Source of the DNA: Candidatus Gottesmanbacteria bacterium RIFCSPHIGHO2_01_FULL_40_15
GTDB taxonomy: Bacteria; Patescibacteriota; Microgenomatia; 2-02-FULL-39-11
NCBI GenBank assembly: GCA_001779115.1
Contig: MFJF01000005.1
Location: 76,922-140,921, forward strand
Length of the DNA: 64,000 bases
Reading direction: 5' to 3'
Made by a program: the position numbers and the translations under genes. Below are positions 27,398-35,453 of the stretch, piece after piece (position 1 is the first letter of the stretch; every line of letters starts with the position of its first letter). The notes under the pieces were generated by a model. It was not told the origin of the DNA, ran no database searches, and saw nothing but the letters and a program-made list of their open reading frames with translations.

Positions 27398-28090
27398 ATG
27401 AAAAAGTTGTTGGTAGTTTTTGTTGTTTTAATATTATTGGCGGGAGCGGGAATTATATATTTAGTACAGCCAAAAAATCTGGGTATAAAATATTCTGCCC
27501 AAGACCATCAGGCTTTTAATAATAAAATCAAAGTTTCACATGAAGAACTTCCGGCCGATTCCCCTTCCGGTAAAACCCTGATTGCCTCAGGCAACCATCC
27601 GGTAGACGAAACATTCTCCAGTGAAGAATTATCAGCCGCAGCTGACAACCGCCATAAAGACTATGTTTATTTTCCCTTTCATAAAGTTCAAATCAGGGTA
27701 AACAGTGACGGATCGGTTGAAGGCAGCGCTTCTGTTTCTTTTCAGGATGCGGTGAATTATCTTCTGGCTCTGGGGGTGAATTCCGCCGATATATCGGAGG
27801 GCACTAAAAAATTTAAGATCCCCAATGCCAGCCTTCCCGTTTATCTGAAAGTATCCGGATCGGTTGAAAATAATACGAGCCGAATCAGTGTCCAACAAGC
27901 CAAAATTGCCAATATAGGAGTTCCCCAGAATTTAATTGATGAGTACGGTCCGGGATTAAATGACTTGGTTAACTCTGTTATTTCAGACCGGCAGCCAAGT
28001 TATAATGTTGAAAAACTGGAAGCAGTCGGAGGTAAAGTCCACTTCAAAGGCACATCACCGGACCGCGAGCAGTCAGTCAGAAGCAAGTAA
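27398..28090 (+). CDS. N-terminally membrane-anchored extracytoplasmic protein (hypothetical)
   Basis: 230 aa with an N-terminal TM helix. The last 45 nt are duplicated at 29311-29355. Confidence 0.55.
   Translation: MKKLLVVFVVLILLAGAGIIYLVQPKNLGIKYSAQDHQAFNNKIKVSHEELPADSPSGKTLIASGNHPVDETFSSEELSAAADNRHKDYVYFPFHKVQIRVNSDGSVEGSASVSFQDAVNYLLALGVNSADISEGTKKFKIPNASLPVYLKVSGSVENNTSRISVQQAKIANIGVPQNLIDEYGPGLNDLVNSVISDRQPSYNVEKLEAVGGKVHFKGTSPDREQSVRSK
28046..28090 (+). repeat. 45-bp direct repeat, copy 1 (3' end of gene 27398..28090)
   Basis: aaaggcacatcaccggaccgcgagcagtcagtcagaagcaagtaa matches 29311-29355 at 42 of 45 positions. Confidence 0.8.
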
Positions 28091-28130
28091 AGGGATTAAA
28101 TATTATACGGAGCATGTTAAAATTAAAACA

Positions 28131-28343
28131 ATGGTAGAAACATTTACTCCATTCAGAGCGGGTCCAACAGGAGAAAAAGAAAATGGCGGGCCGGCTGTGC
28201 AACCCCTGGGAACAACTTTTACTGAGATCGATCAACTTGCGGCAGGATTAACTGATGAACAAGCCGAAGGAATGGATCCAAAAGATGTTGAAGCCCTGGC
28301 GGATTTTGAAAGTGAAACCAGCGATAGATTTGTCGGTTGCTGA
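28131..28343 (+). CDS. small acidic protein (hypothetical)
   Basis: 70 aa, starting MVETFTPFRAGPTGEKENGG. It lies inside the repeat-bracketed segment. The ORF-track extension from 27960 overlaps the upstream gene and is rejected. Confidence 0.35.
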   Translation: MVETFTPFRAGPTGEKENGGPAVQPLGTTFTEIDQLAAGLTDEQAEGMDPKDVEALADFESETSDRFVGC

Positions 28344-28441
28344 TTCCAATAATAAATAAAACACAAACTCTTCTCCGACTCTTCTCTGAATTTTTCTTTT
28401 TTTATTTTATACTATAGGACTATTATGCTATAATTCTCCTC

Positions 28442-29275
28442 ATGAAAATTGAGGCTTTAAAGCCGATGGAAGCTGCTACCTTATTGGAATTGCCGGAAAT
28501 AGAATCCGGTTTTAATAAACTGGTTGATGTCCGTAATCATTATTACAGTAATTTCGGGACTGAAAGTTCCGGAGAAAAAACTCTTGAAAGTATTTATCTT
28601 TGGTGGAAAGATTTTGAAAACACAAATGAAACCATGTCCCGTTTCCGCAGCGCAATTACCCGACCCCATATACCGCCCTTGGAACAGCAGCAAGTCAGGG
28701 AAGAATATTCTTCCAGTCAACAGACTGTAAATCAAATAGTCAGAGGTATAGTTTTATTAACTCTGACTGAAAAACCGACTGATGCGGATTGGGATAAAGC
28801 TTTAGAGATTAATACAATTATAGAAAATGTAAAGAGCTGGGAAAAATACGATAATCAGATTATTGCCTTTTGCGAAGCAGTTTTTGAAGCCGGTGAAGAA
28901 TTATCAGCAGTAGGAATCCGGCTAAGAGTCGCCCAGCACTCATGGGATGAATTGACCGCACTTTTCGGATACGCAAAGGCAATACGCGTAACTACCGTTG
29001 ATGATATAGACAGTGAAAAAAGAGAATTATCGGATGCGTTACGCGGTAACTTATGGTCTGAAGATGAATTGGTGATGAAGTCGAAAGTTTATAAAAATTA
29101 CCAAAAACAACTAAAAAGTTTTCCTGAAGATTTACGGAAAAAATTAAAGTTTCTCTGGAAATGTGCTCAGGGAAAAATTCCAAGAGGAACATCTGCCTTT
29201 GATATACTGCATACTCAGGAATCCATTCTCAAAGACCTCTATAAAGAAGGAGCATTTGACCCTGAAGAAAGTTGA
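28442..29275 (+). CDS. hypothetical protein (277 aa, no recognised domain)
   Basis: Long clean ORF inside the repeat-bracketed segment. I recognise no motif. Confidence 0.5.
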   Translation: MKIEALKPMEAATLLELPEIESGFNKLVDVRNHYYSNFGTESSGEKTLESIYLWWKDFENTNETMSRFRSAITRPHIPPLEQQQVREEYSSSQQTVNQIVRGIVLLTLTEKPTDADWDKALEINTIIENVKSWEKYDNQIIAFCEAVFEAGEELSAVGIRLRVAQHSWDELTALFGYAKAIRVTTVDDIDSEKRELSDALRGNLWSEDELVMKSKVYKNYQKQLKSFPEDLRKKLKFLWKCAQGKIPRGTSAFDILHTQESILKDLYKEGAFDPEES

Positions 29276-29310
29276 TATTACATTCCTGAGGAGAGATGCT
29301 TTTTTATTAT

Positions 29311-29355
29311 AAAGGCACAACACCGGACCGCGGGCAGTCAGTCAGAAGCAAGTGA
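29311..29355 (+). repeat. 45-bp direct repeat, copy 2 (orphan 3'-end fragment)
   Basis: aaaggcacaacaccggaccgcgggcagtcagtcagaagcaagtga encodes KGTTPDRGQSVRSK*. The terminator hairpin follows immediately. Confidence 0.8.
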
Positions 29356-29365
29356 TCATAAAATA

Positions 29366-29398
29366 AACAACCCACCGGTATTTCAGCGATGGGTTGTT
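29366..29398 (-). terminator. intrinsic terminator (for gene 29443..29943; possibly ancestral terminator of 27398..28090)
   Basis: AACAACCCACCG-gtatttca-CGATGGGTTGTT stem with a minus-strand T-tract (GTTTATTTTATG). Confidence 0.5.
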
Positions 29399-29442
29399 AT
29401 AAAAATGAGTTGTCAGTAATCTGCACTCATTTTGAATCTACT

Positions 29443-29943
29443 TTATTCAGGCCTGTTTGATCCAACTGCAACAAGTCCGGAACTATTCCAGGGAGCACTC
29501 GAAAGCGTAGTTAATTTTGCTGAATCAGCAACTCCATCACAAACTACTGTGTTTGGATTATCTAAACGAACATTAACACGCGGCTCAGGACCGGGTTTGG
29601 TCGGATCGATATCAGCAACTGAAAAACCGTTAGCATTAAGATGTCCGGTTCCGCCGGCAATTGCCACAAAACATCCAAGTGAATGAACATTACCATCGTA
29701 GAAAATTACTTCATAAGATACACCAGGAACCAAACCTTGAGCATTTACATTAACAACCCAGTTGTCTTTTCCGCTTCTATAATTTAATACTACTTTCCCT
29801 TTTGCACTATCATATTCATCCGCTTCACTTGAATCTTGAGATAATGAACCTTGCCAATTATCAAATTTACCAGCTGCTAACACACCATTTGCTGTCAGAA
29901 GCCATAATACGGCTACTGAAGTACCGATTAATTTTTTCATCAA
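29443..29943 (-). CDS. secreted protein (hypothetical)
   Basis: Signal peptide (AVLWLLTANGVLAAG), 166 aa, two Cys. A strong RBS (AAGGGGGTGA) lies upstream. Confidence 0.55.
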   Translation of the reverse strand: MMKKLIGTSVAVLWLLTANGVLAAGKFDNWQGSLSQDSSEADEYDSAKGKVVLNYRSGKDNWVVNVNAQGLVPGVSYEVIFYDGNVHSLGCFVAIAGGTGHLNANGFSVADIDPTKPGPEPRVNVRLDNPNTVVCDGVADSAKLTTLSSAPWNSSGLVAVGSNRPE

Positions 29944-30133
29944 TTTTCACCCCCTTTTTGGCAGGATATTGGAAGACAGATTTTTGGGCAGAGGAAAATT
30001 AAGCTTTGAGTACCGCAAAGACTATCATAACAACAAAACTCTTGTCAAACAAATTTATATTTCCCAAAAAAACAATCCGCGGGCAATATACCTACGGGTT
30101 GAATATATATAAATTATATATTTTTAAAAGGAT

Positions 30134-30319
30134 ATGCCTGACCAGGCGGGATGTGTGATTAAAGGAAATATGGATAATAACGGGAGAAACCGCATTTATT
30201 ATCTGCCGGGGTGCACACAGTATAAGTTTACCGTGGTTGAAAAGGATAAGGGAGAGGCATGGTTTTGTATGCAGAGGCAGGCGCAGCAGACGGGATTTGT
30301 TAAAGCTAAAACCTGTTAG
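30134..30319 (+). CDS. small ORF with a motif resembling the conserved C-terminal module of thermonuclease-family proteins
   Basis: 61 aa: IKGNMDNNGRNRIYYLPGCTQYKFTVVEKDKGEAWFCMQRQAQQTGF. This follows the KGN-x-NG-x-IYH-x-PG...WFC...AG-x-R pattern. It is convergent with the Fic gene. Confidence 0.3.
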   Translation: MPDQAGCVIKGNMDNNGRNRIYYLPGCTQYKFTVVEKDKGEAWFCMQRQAQQTGFVKAKTC

Positions 30320-30332
30320 AGGTTGAGAAAGA

Positions 30333-31358
30333 TTACTTATAATAGGTTGATCTTCCTTTGCCAAAGCGTTTGATTAAACCCATATTCTGAAGTTTTTTAA
30401 AATCAAGAATTCTGGTTGATTTTCCCCGGTCTGTCAGTTTGGCATATTCCCTATCGGTAATAAAACCATTTTTTTCGATATATTCCAACATCTTTTCATG
30501 ATAGGGCATCAGTTTAGTTTCCGGACTAACTGATATTTCCGGCAGCAGCTTTTTGACCCTTAACAGCTCATCAATAATACCGTCAGTAAAATATTCCAGC
30601 CAGGAGGTAAAATCGATCGAATCACGGGTTTCGTAGTAATTTCCGATTACTCCAACACTTTTGAAGTAGTTGGATACATTACGATTATAATAATTTTCAA
30701 AGCTGAAAAGATTAAAGGTATCAAGACCAAGATCTTTTAACAGAACTTTTGTTGCCAGTCTTGAAGTCCTGCCATTACCGTCCATAAAGGGATGAATAAT
30801 GACAAGCTGTTTATGAAATAAACCGGCTAAAATAAGAGGATCGAAATTGCCTTTTTTTATTTTAATAAACTCAATTAATTGACTCATAAGTATCGGGATA
30901 TCTTTTGCGTCCGGAGGCCAATAAATAGTTTGATTTTTCTTAGGATCATTGACAAAGACCGGTTTTAATCTGAATTTTCCTGATTCATGTATTGGCACTA
31001 ATTTTTCGGTTACCTGCTTTTGAATTGTACAAATTGATTCAACAGTCAGTGAAAAATGTCCTCTCAGGCTTAATTTTTTATTCAAATTTACAAGAGCTTT
31101 ATTGTAATTAATGACTTCCTGTTCGCTTGATCCCAGATTTTGCGGTGTTGATTTAAGAATTTGTTTGACATCAGTCAAAGGAAGCGGATTGCCCTCAATT
31201 GATGTTGAGGCAAAAGTGGAAATTTCGCGGGCAGATTTCTCCATTTTATGGAGTACGATTTTGGAAAACTTTTTCCGGTTGAGCTCATAAACCCGCTTAT
31301 TTATAGACTTTATGTTGGAAAGAAGTTTATGGGAAATCGCGTACTTAGGATTGAACAT
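30333..31358 (-). CDS. Fic-family protein (class II, N-terminal inhibitory motif, C-terminal wHTH)
   Basis: Fic active-site motif IIHPFMDGNGRTSRL. The inhibitory motif STSIEGNPL matches (S/T)xxxE(G/N). The C-terminus has a winged-HTH-like segment. Confidence 0.85.
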   Translation of the reverse strand: MFNPKYAISHKLLSNIKSINKRVYELNRKKFSKIVLHKMEKSAREISTFASTSIEGNPLPLTDVKQILKSTPQNLGSSEQEVINYNKALVNLNKKLSLRGHFSLTVESICTIQKQVTEKLVPIHESGKFRLKPVFVNDPKKNQTIYWPPDAKDIPILMSQLIEFIKIKKGNFDPLILAGLFHKQLVIIHPFMDGNGRTSRLATKVLLKDLGLDTFNLFSFENYYNRNVSNYFKSVGVIGNYYETRDSIDFTSWLEYFTDGIIDELLRVKKLLPEISVSPETKLMPYHEKMLEYIEKNGFITDREYAKLTDRGKSTRILDFKKLQNMGLIKRFGKGRSTYYK

Positions 31359-31400
31359 AATAGTCGAATTATAGTCGATTATTAGTCTATTAACAATTGT

Positions 31401-32339
31401 TTACCGAAAAACGGGCAAGTGGGAAGGATGATATTTGTCATCAAGGAGTGAAACCGAGAAGACTTGCCCGTGCTTTTTGAGGATTTTTTGCTTTTTCAGG
31501 AGGTCTTTTTCAGAAACGGTGTCTGCTTTGGTGAGAAGGATTATTTCTTCTTTTTTGGCCATGTCGGGGTTAAACTGTGTTAATTCTTTTCTGACAACAC
31601 GGTAATCTTTATCCGGATTGTCGGATTCTGCGGATATGCAGTGGAGTAGCAATTTTACTTTTTCAATGTGTTTTAAAAATTTTATTCCCAACCCCCGACC
31701 AGAGGATGCGCCTTCAATGAGTCCGGGGATATCCGCCAGGATAATGCTTCCCATGACGCCGAGATTGGGTTCAAGAGTGGTAAAAGGATAATCGGCGACT
31801 TTGACATTGGAATTGGTCAGTTCATTGAGGAGGCTGCTTTTGCCGGCATTGGGAAGACCGATTAACCCGAGGTCGGCTATTAATTTCAGGACAATTTTGA
31901 TTCTTTTTTCCTGTCCCGGTTTACCCGGCTGGGCAAATTTAGGAGTGGTGTTTGAGGGTGAGGCCAGGGCATTGGTGCCTTTTCCGCCCCTGCCGCCTTT
32001 GGCAATGAGGATTTTTTGTCCGATATCGTTTAATTCGATGGTCTCACCGGTATCCTGATCAATGAGGATTGACCCAAGCGGCAATACAATTGTCAGATCA
32101 TCGCCTTTTTTGCCGGTTTTATTGTATTTACCTCCCGTCTGGCCGTCTTGTGCTTTCCACAACTTTTTTCCCTGAAACCGGTTAAGAAGGGATAAATCAG
32201 AGCTTGTCTCAAGATAAATATTGCCTCCGTCACCCCCGTTGCCTCCGTCAGGGCCGGATTTAAACCCTGGATAAAATGAGGCTTTCCCGTCTCCGCCACG
32301 GCCGGCATGGAATATAACTTGTACTTCATCGACAAACAT
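31401..32339 (-). CDS. obg: GTPase Obg (short form without C-terminal domain)
   Basis: Gly-rich Obg-fold N-domain (GGDGGNGGDGGNIY) followed by a G domain (GLPNAGKSSLLN). Confidence 0.85.
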   Translation of the reverse strand: MFVDEVQVIFHAGRGGDGKASFYPGFKSGPDGGNGGDGGNIYLETSSDLSLLNRFQGKKLWKAQDGQTGGKYNKTGKKGDDLTIVLPLGSILIDQDTGETIELNDIGQKILIAKGGRGGKGTNALASPSNTTPKFAQPGKPGQEKRIKIVLKLIADLGLIGLPNAGKSSLLNELTNSNVKVADYPFTTLEPNLGVMGSIILADIPGLIEGASSGRGLGIKFLKHIEKVKLLLHCISAESDNPDKDYRVVRKELTQFNPDMAKKEEIILLTKADTVSEKDLLKKQKILKKHGQVFSVSLLDDKYHPSHLPVFR

Positions 32340-32422
32340 ATGAGAATTATAGAGGATTCGGGAAAGAAAAGTACGGAATTAGAATTTTTAAAAAACGCAA
32401 AAAAGAGTAGAATTAGATCGCT

Positions 32423-33232
32423 ATGACGGGCAGCAGAGAAAGACTCTTGTATGTTGATCCCAAATACCGGGTCAGAGATTCCATTGACAGAGGGTTGGAT
32501 TTTGTATTTTTAAGGGCTGTCCGGGAGATTGAAACTTCTGGGACTGAGGCAAATATTCCCCAAAAAGGCGGCTTGGTGGTCGGATTTGCTCCTCACAACG
32601 GATGGATAGAACCGATAGCCATTGATCATTTTTTAAGAAAAAAAAGAGCGGATAAACGCGGGGGTGTCTGGGTGACGCGGAAAGAAAATGCGCAAGAAAT
32701 TCCGGCCGTTCTGACAGGAGAACGGCGCTTTATCTATATAGACAGGGACTATCCCAAACCGAGTATATTCAGAAAAGTGGCCTCTGTATTGCAGAATCAA
32801 GGAGTGATTGCTTCGGCTTTTGAGGGAACCAGATACGGATCAGGAGACAGAGAGGGAGGTGATATTTTAACTTTGGGAAAGTTCAAACCGGGATTGGTTT
32901 TGTTTGCCCGACGGCATAATATTCCCATTTTGCCGGTGGTTGTATTGGGGGCTGAACGAATCATCCCTTCCCCTGAAAAAATCAAAGTTAAATACGGAAT
33001 ATTGGGGGTTGTCAGGGAATTGATAAAAGAGATAACCGCCGGAGATGATTTGCTGCAGGTGAGATTTTTGCCTTTATATGATGAACATTTATCTTCCGGA
33101 GATGAACTGCCGGACAGGGATGAGTTTTTAAATCATCACACCCGGCTATTGGCTGAGAAAATGGTTGGAGAAATCAGGAGACTGAGGACTGATTATCCTC
33201 TGGGATATTACCGGGAAGGCGGAAGTTTTTAA
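32423..33232 (+). CDS. lysophospholipid acyltransferase (PlsC/LPLAT family)-like protein
   Basis: FEGTR and PILPVVV blocks are present. The first motif is variant (APHNGWIEP, i.e. Hx4E instead of Hx4D). Confidence 0.5.
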   Translation: MTGSRERLLYVDPKYRVRDSIDRGLDFVFLRAVREIETSGTEANIPQKGGLVVGFAPHNGWIEPIAIDHFLRKKRADKRGGVWVTRKENAQEIPAVLTGERRFIYIDRDYPKPSIFRKVASVLQNQGVIASAFEGTRYGSGDREGGDILTLGKFKPGLVLFARRHNIPILPVVVLGAERIIPSPEKIKVKYGILGVVRELIKEITAGDDLLQVRFLPLYDEHLSSGDELPDRDEFLNHHTRLLAEKMVGEIRRLRTDYPLGYYREGGSF

Positions 33233-33594
33233 TAATAATATTTGTGCAGTATAATTAACGGCTATGGAGAAAATACCTAATTATCCCAGAGATATTATTG
33301 TTCCTGCCGAAACGGAGATAAACACAGGAAAACATGAAGATGGAGAGTCTTTTTTTACAAACCAACCTACAACTTTAAGAATTATTGGACCCATATCGGA
33401 CAATGCCTATCCCGTACTTATTGTCGAAAATGGAGAAGTGGGACAGGATCTATTCTTTTTTCATCAGCCGGAACCTTAACGAAATGTTATTTTATATGTA
33501 ACTTGATCATCACCTCCCTGCGTTTCAAACATTTTCAATAGCTTTGACTTTATAAAGAAGGATATAATAGAATTCGGTGGGTTTTTTTGCACTT

Positions 33595-35436
33595 ATGATA
33601 CATAAGGAAATCAGGGAAAAATATATCAGTTTTTTTACGACCAACCCCAGGAACCATAAGGAAATTCCGTCGTCTCCCCTTATTCCTGAGAATGACCCGA
33701 CGGTTCTTTTTATAACAGCCGGTATGCATCCGTTGGTTCCCTACCTGATGGGTGAACCCCATCCGTTGGGCAAACGCCTGGTTAATATCCAGAAGTCTTT
33801 CCGGACCGATGACATTGAAGAGGTTGGTGACCATTCGCATTTTACTTTTTTTGAAATGCTGGGAAACTGGTCTTTGGGTGATTATTTCAAAAAGGAAGCA
33901 ATCGAGTGGTCGTTTGATTTTCTGACATCAAAAGACTGGTTGTTCTATGACCCGAAAAAAATATACGTCTCCGTATTTGAAGGAGACCGGGACGCGCCCC
34001 GGGACGAGGATTCCATCAGGGTTTGGAAAGAAGTGTATAAGAATGCCGGGATAACGGCTGAGATTGGTGACAGTAAAAAGGGGGTCAGCGGCAACAGCCG
34101 GATATTCCCCTATCCAAAGACTAAAAACTGGTGGGGACCGGCAGGAACAACAGGACCGTGCGGGCCGGATTCGGAAATGTTTTATGATACAGAGCTTCCA
34201 TTGCATAAAAAAGAACTATACGGTCCGGTTTGCCATATAAACTGCGACTGCGGCAGGTATATTGAAGTGTGGAATGATGTTTTCATGGAATTTAATAAAA
34301 ATGCGGACGGAACCTATGAACCCCTGAAACAGAAAAATGTTGATACAGGCATGGGTATGGAGAGGGTAACGGCACTGACTTCCTGGTTAAGAAAAGCGAT
34401 TCCCGAACCGGATCCGTTTCTGACTGACTTGTTTGGCAAATCCCGGTATTTTATCCAGCAGATTTCCAACAAGGATTATGAAGAGCCTTTTAAGAAATCC
34501 ATCAGGATAATCCTGGACCATGTGCGGGCGGTAACATTTCTAATTGCCGACGGAGCGGAACCCGGCAATAAGGAAAGAGGCTATGTGACCAGAAGGCTCA
34601 TCAGAAGGGCAATCCGGCACGGGCAAATTTTGGGAATTCATGTAGATTTCATGTCCGATACGGCCGGGCAGATAATCAGTAATTACCGGGAAATTTATCC
34701 GGAAGTTAAAAACAAAGAGGAAATTATAAAATCCATACTTTCAACAGAAGAGGTAAATTTCCGTAAATTATTAAAAAAGGGCCTTGATTTCATTGAAAAA
34801 CAGGCGTCGCTCAACGGAAAAATAGCTTTTGATTTATACCAGAGTTTCGGCTTTCCGCCGGAGTTAACATTTGAGATTGCCAAAGAACGGGGAATTGAGA
34901 TGGACAGAAAAACTTATGAGGAAGAATTTGCCAAACACCAGGAAAAATCAAGAACGGCAACGAAGGGCGTTTTTAAGGGCGGGCTCCAGGACCATTCTGA
35001 GGAAACAAAAAAACTTCATACGGCAACCCATCTCCTGCAAAAAGCGCTTGTTGACGTCTTGGGACGCCATGTCAGGCAAAAAGGAAGCCATATTACGGCG
35101 GAAAGGTTGAGGTTTGATTTTTCCCATGACAGGAAAATGACCGGGGAGGAAATTGAGAAAACGGAGGAGCTTGTCAACCGGAAAATCAGGGAAAATCTGG
35201 CGGTAACCAAAGAGACAGTTAAAATTGAAGACGCACTTAAATCGGGAGCGTTAACAGTTCCGGGAGTTAAATATCCCGAAAAGGTGACCGTTTATAAAAT
35301 GGGAAATTTTTCCAGGGAAGTCTGCGGCGGACCCCATGTTGACTTTACAGGCTCGTTGGGAAAGTTTAAGATAATAAAAGAGGAAGCAGCCGGGAACCTG
35401 AACCGGCGGATCTACGCAATTCTTTCAAAAACTTAG
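33595..35436 (+). CDS. alaS: alanine--tRNA ligase (compact form lacking C-Ala domain)
   Basis: Class II catalytic core (FTTNPRNHKEIPSSPLIP...FFEMLGNWSLGDYFK). Minimal editing module with HTATH...CGGPH. The ATG at 33595 is chosen as start; the track's GTG at 33577 is the alternative. Confidence 0.85.
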   Translation: MIHKEIREKYISFFTTNPRNHKEIPSSPLIPENDPTVLFITAGMHPLVPYLMGEPHPLGKRLVNIQKSFRTDDIEEVGDHSHFTFFEMLGNWSLGDYFKKEAIEWSFDFLTSKDWLFYDPKKIYVSVFEGDRDAPRDEDSIRVWKEVYKNAGITAEIGDSKKGVSGNSRIFPYPKTKNWWGPAGTTGPCGPDSEMFYDTELPLHKKELYGPVCHINCDCGRYIEVWNDVFMEFNKNADGTYEPLKQKNVDTGMGMERVTALTSWLRKAIPEPDPFLTDLFGKSRYFIQQISNKDYEEPFKKSIRIILDHVRAVTFLIADGAEPGNKERGYVTRRLIRRAIRHGQILGIHVDFMSDTAGQIISNYREIYPEVKNKEEIIKSILSTEEVNFRKLLKKGLDFIEKQASLNGKIAFDLYQSFGFPPELTFEIAKERGIEMDRKTYEEEFAKHQEKSRTATKGVFKGGLQDHSEETKKLHTATHLLQKALVDVLGRHVRQKGSHITAERLRFDFSHDRKMTGEEIEKTEELVNRKIRENLAVTKETVKIEDALKSGALTVPGVKYPEKVTVYKMGNFSREVCGGPHVDFTGSLGKFKIIKEEAAGNLNRRIYAILSKT

Positions 35437-35453
35437 GTTTTTAAATTTTCTAA

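Noticed and set aside
28091-29310. Repeat-bracketed segment as an integrated IS, transposon or prophage
   Set aside because: No transposase, integrase or recombinase-like ORF and no terminal inverted repeats are present. It is reported only as an insertion or duplication of unknown mechanism.
30333-31358. Fic gene plus small neighbour as a toxin-antitoxin pair
   Set aside because: The Fic protein carries its own intact inhibitory helix (class II), and the neighbouring ORF is convergent rather than co-transcribed. This does not fit a type II toxin-antitoxin layout.
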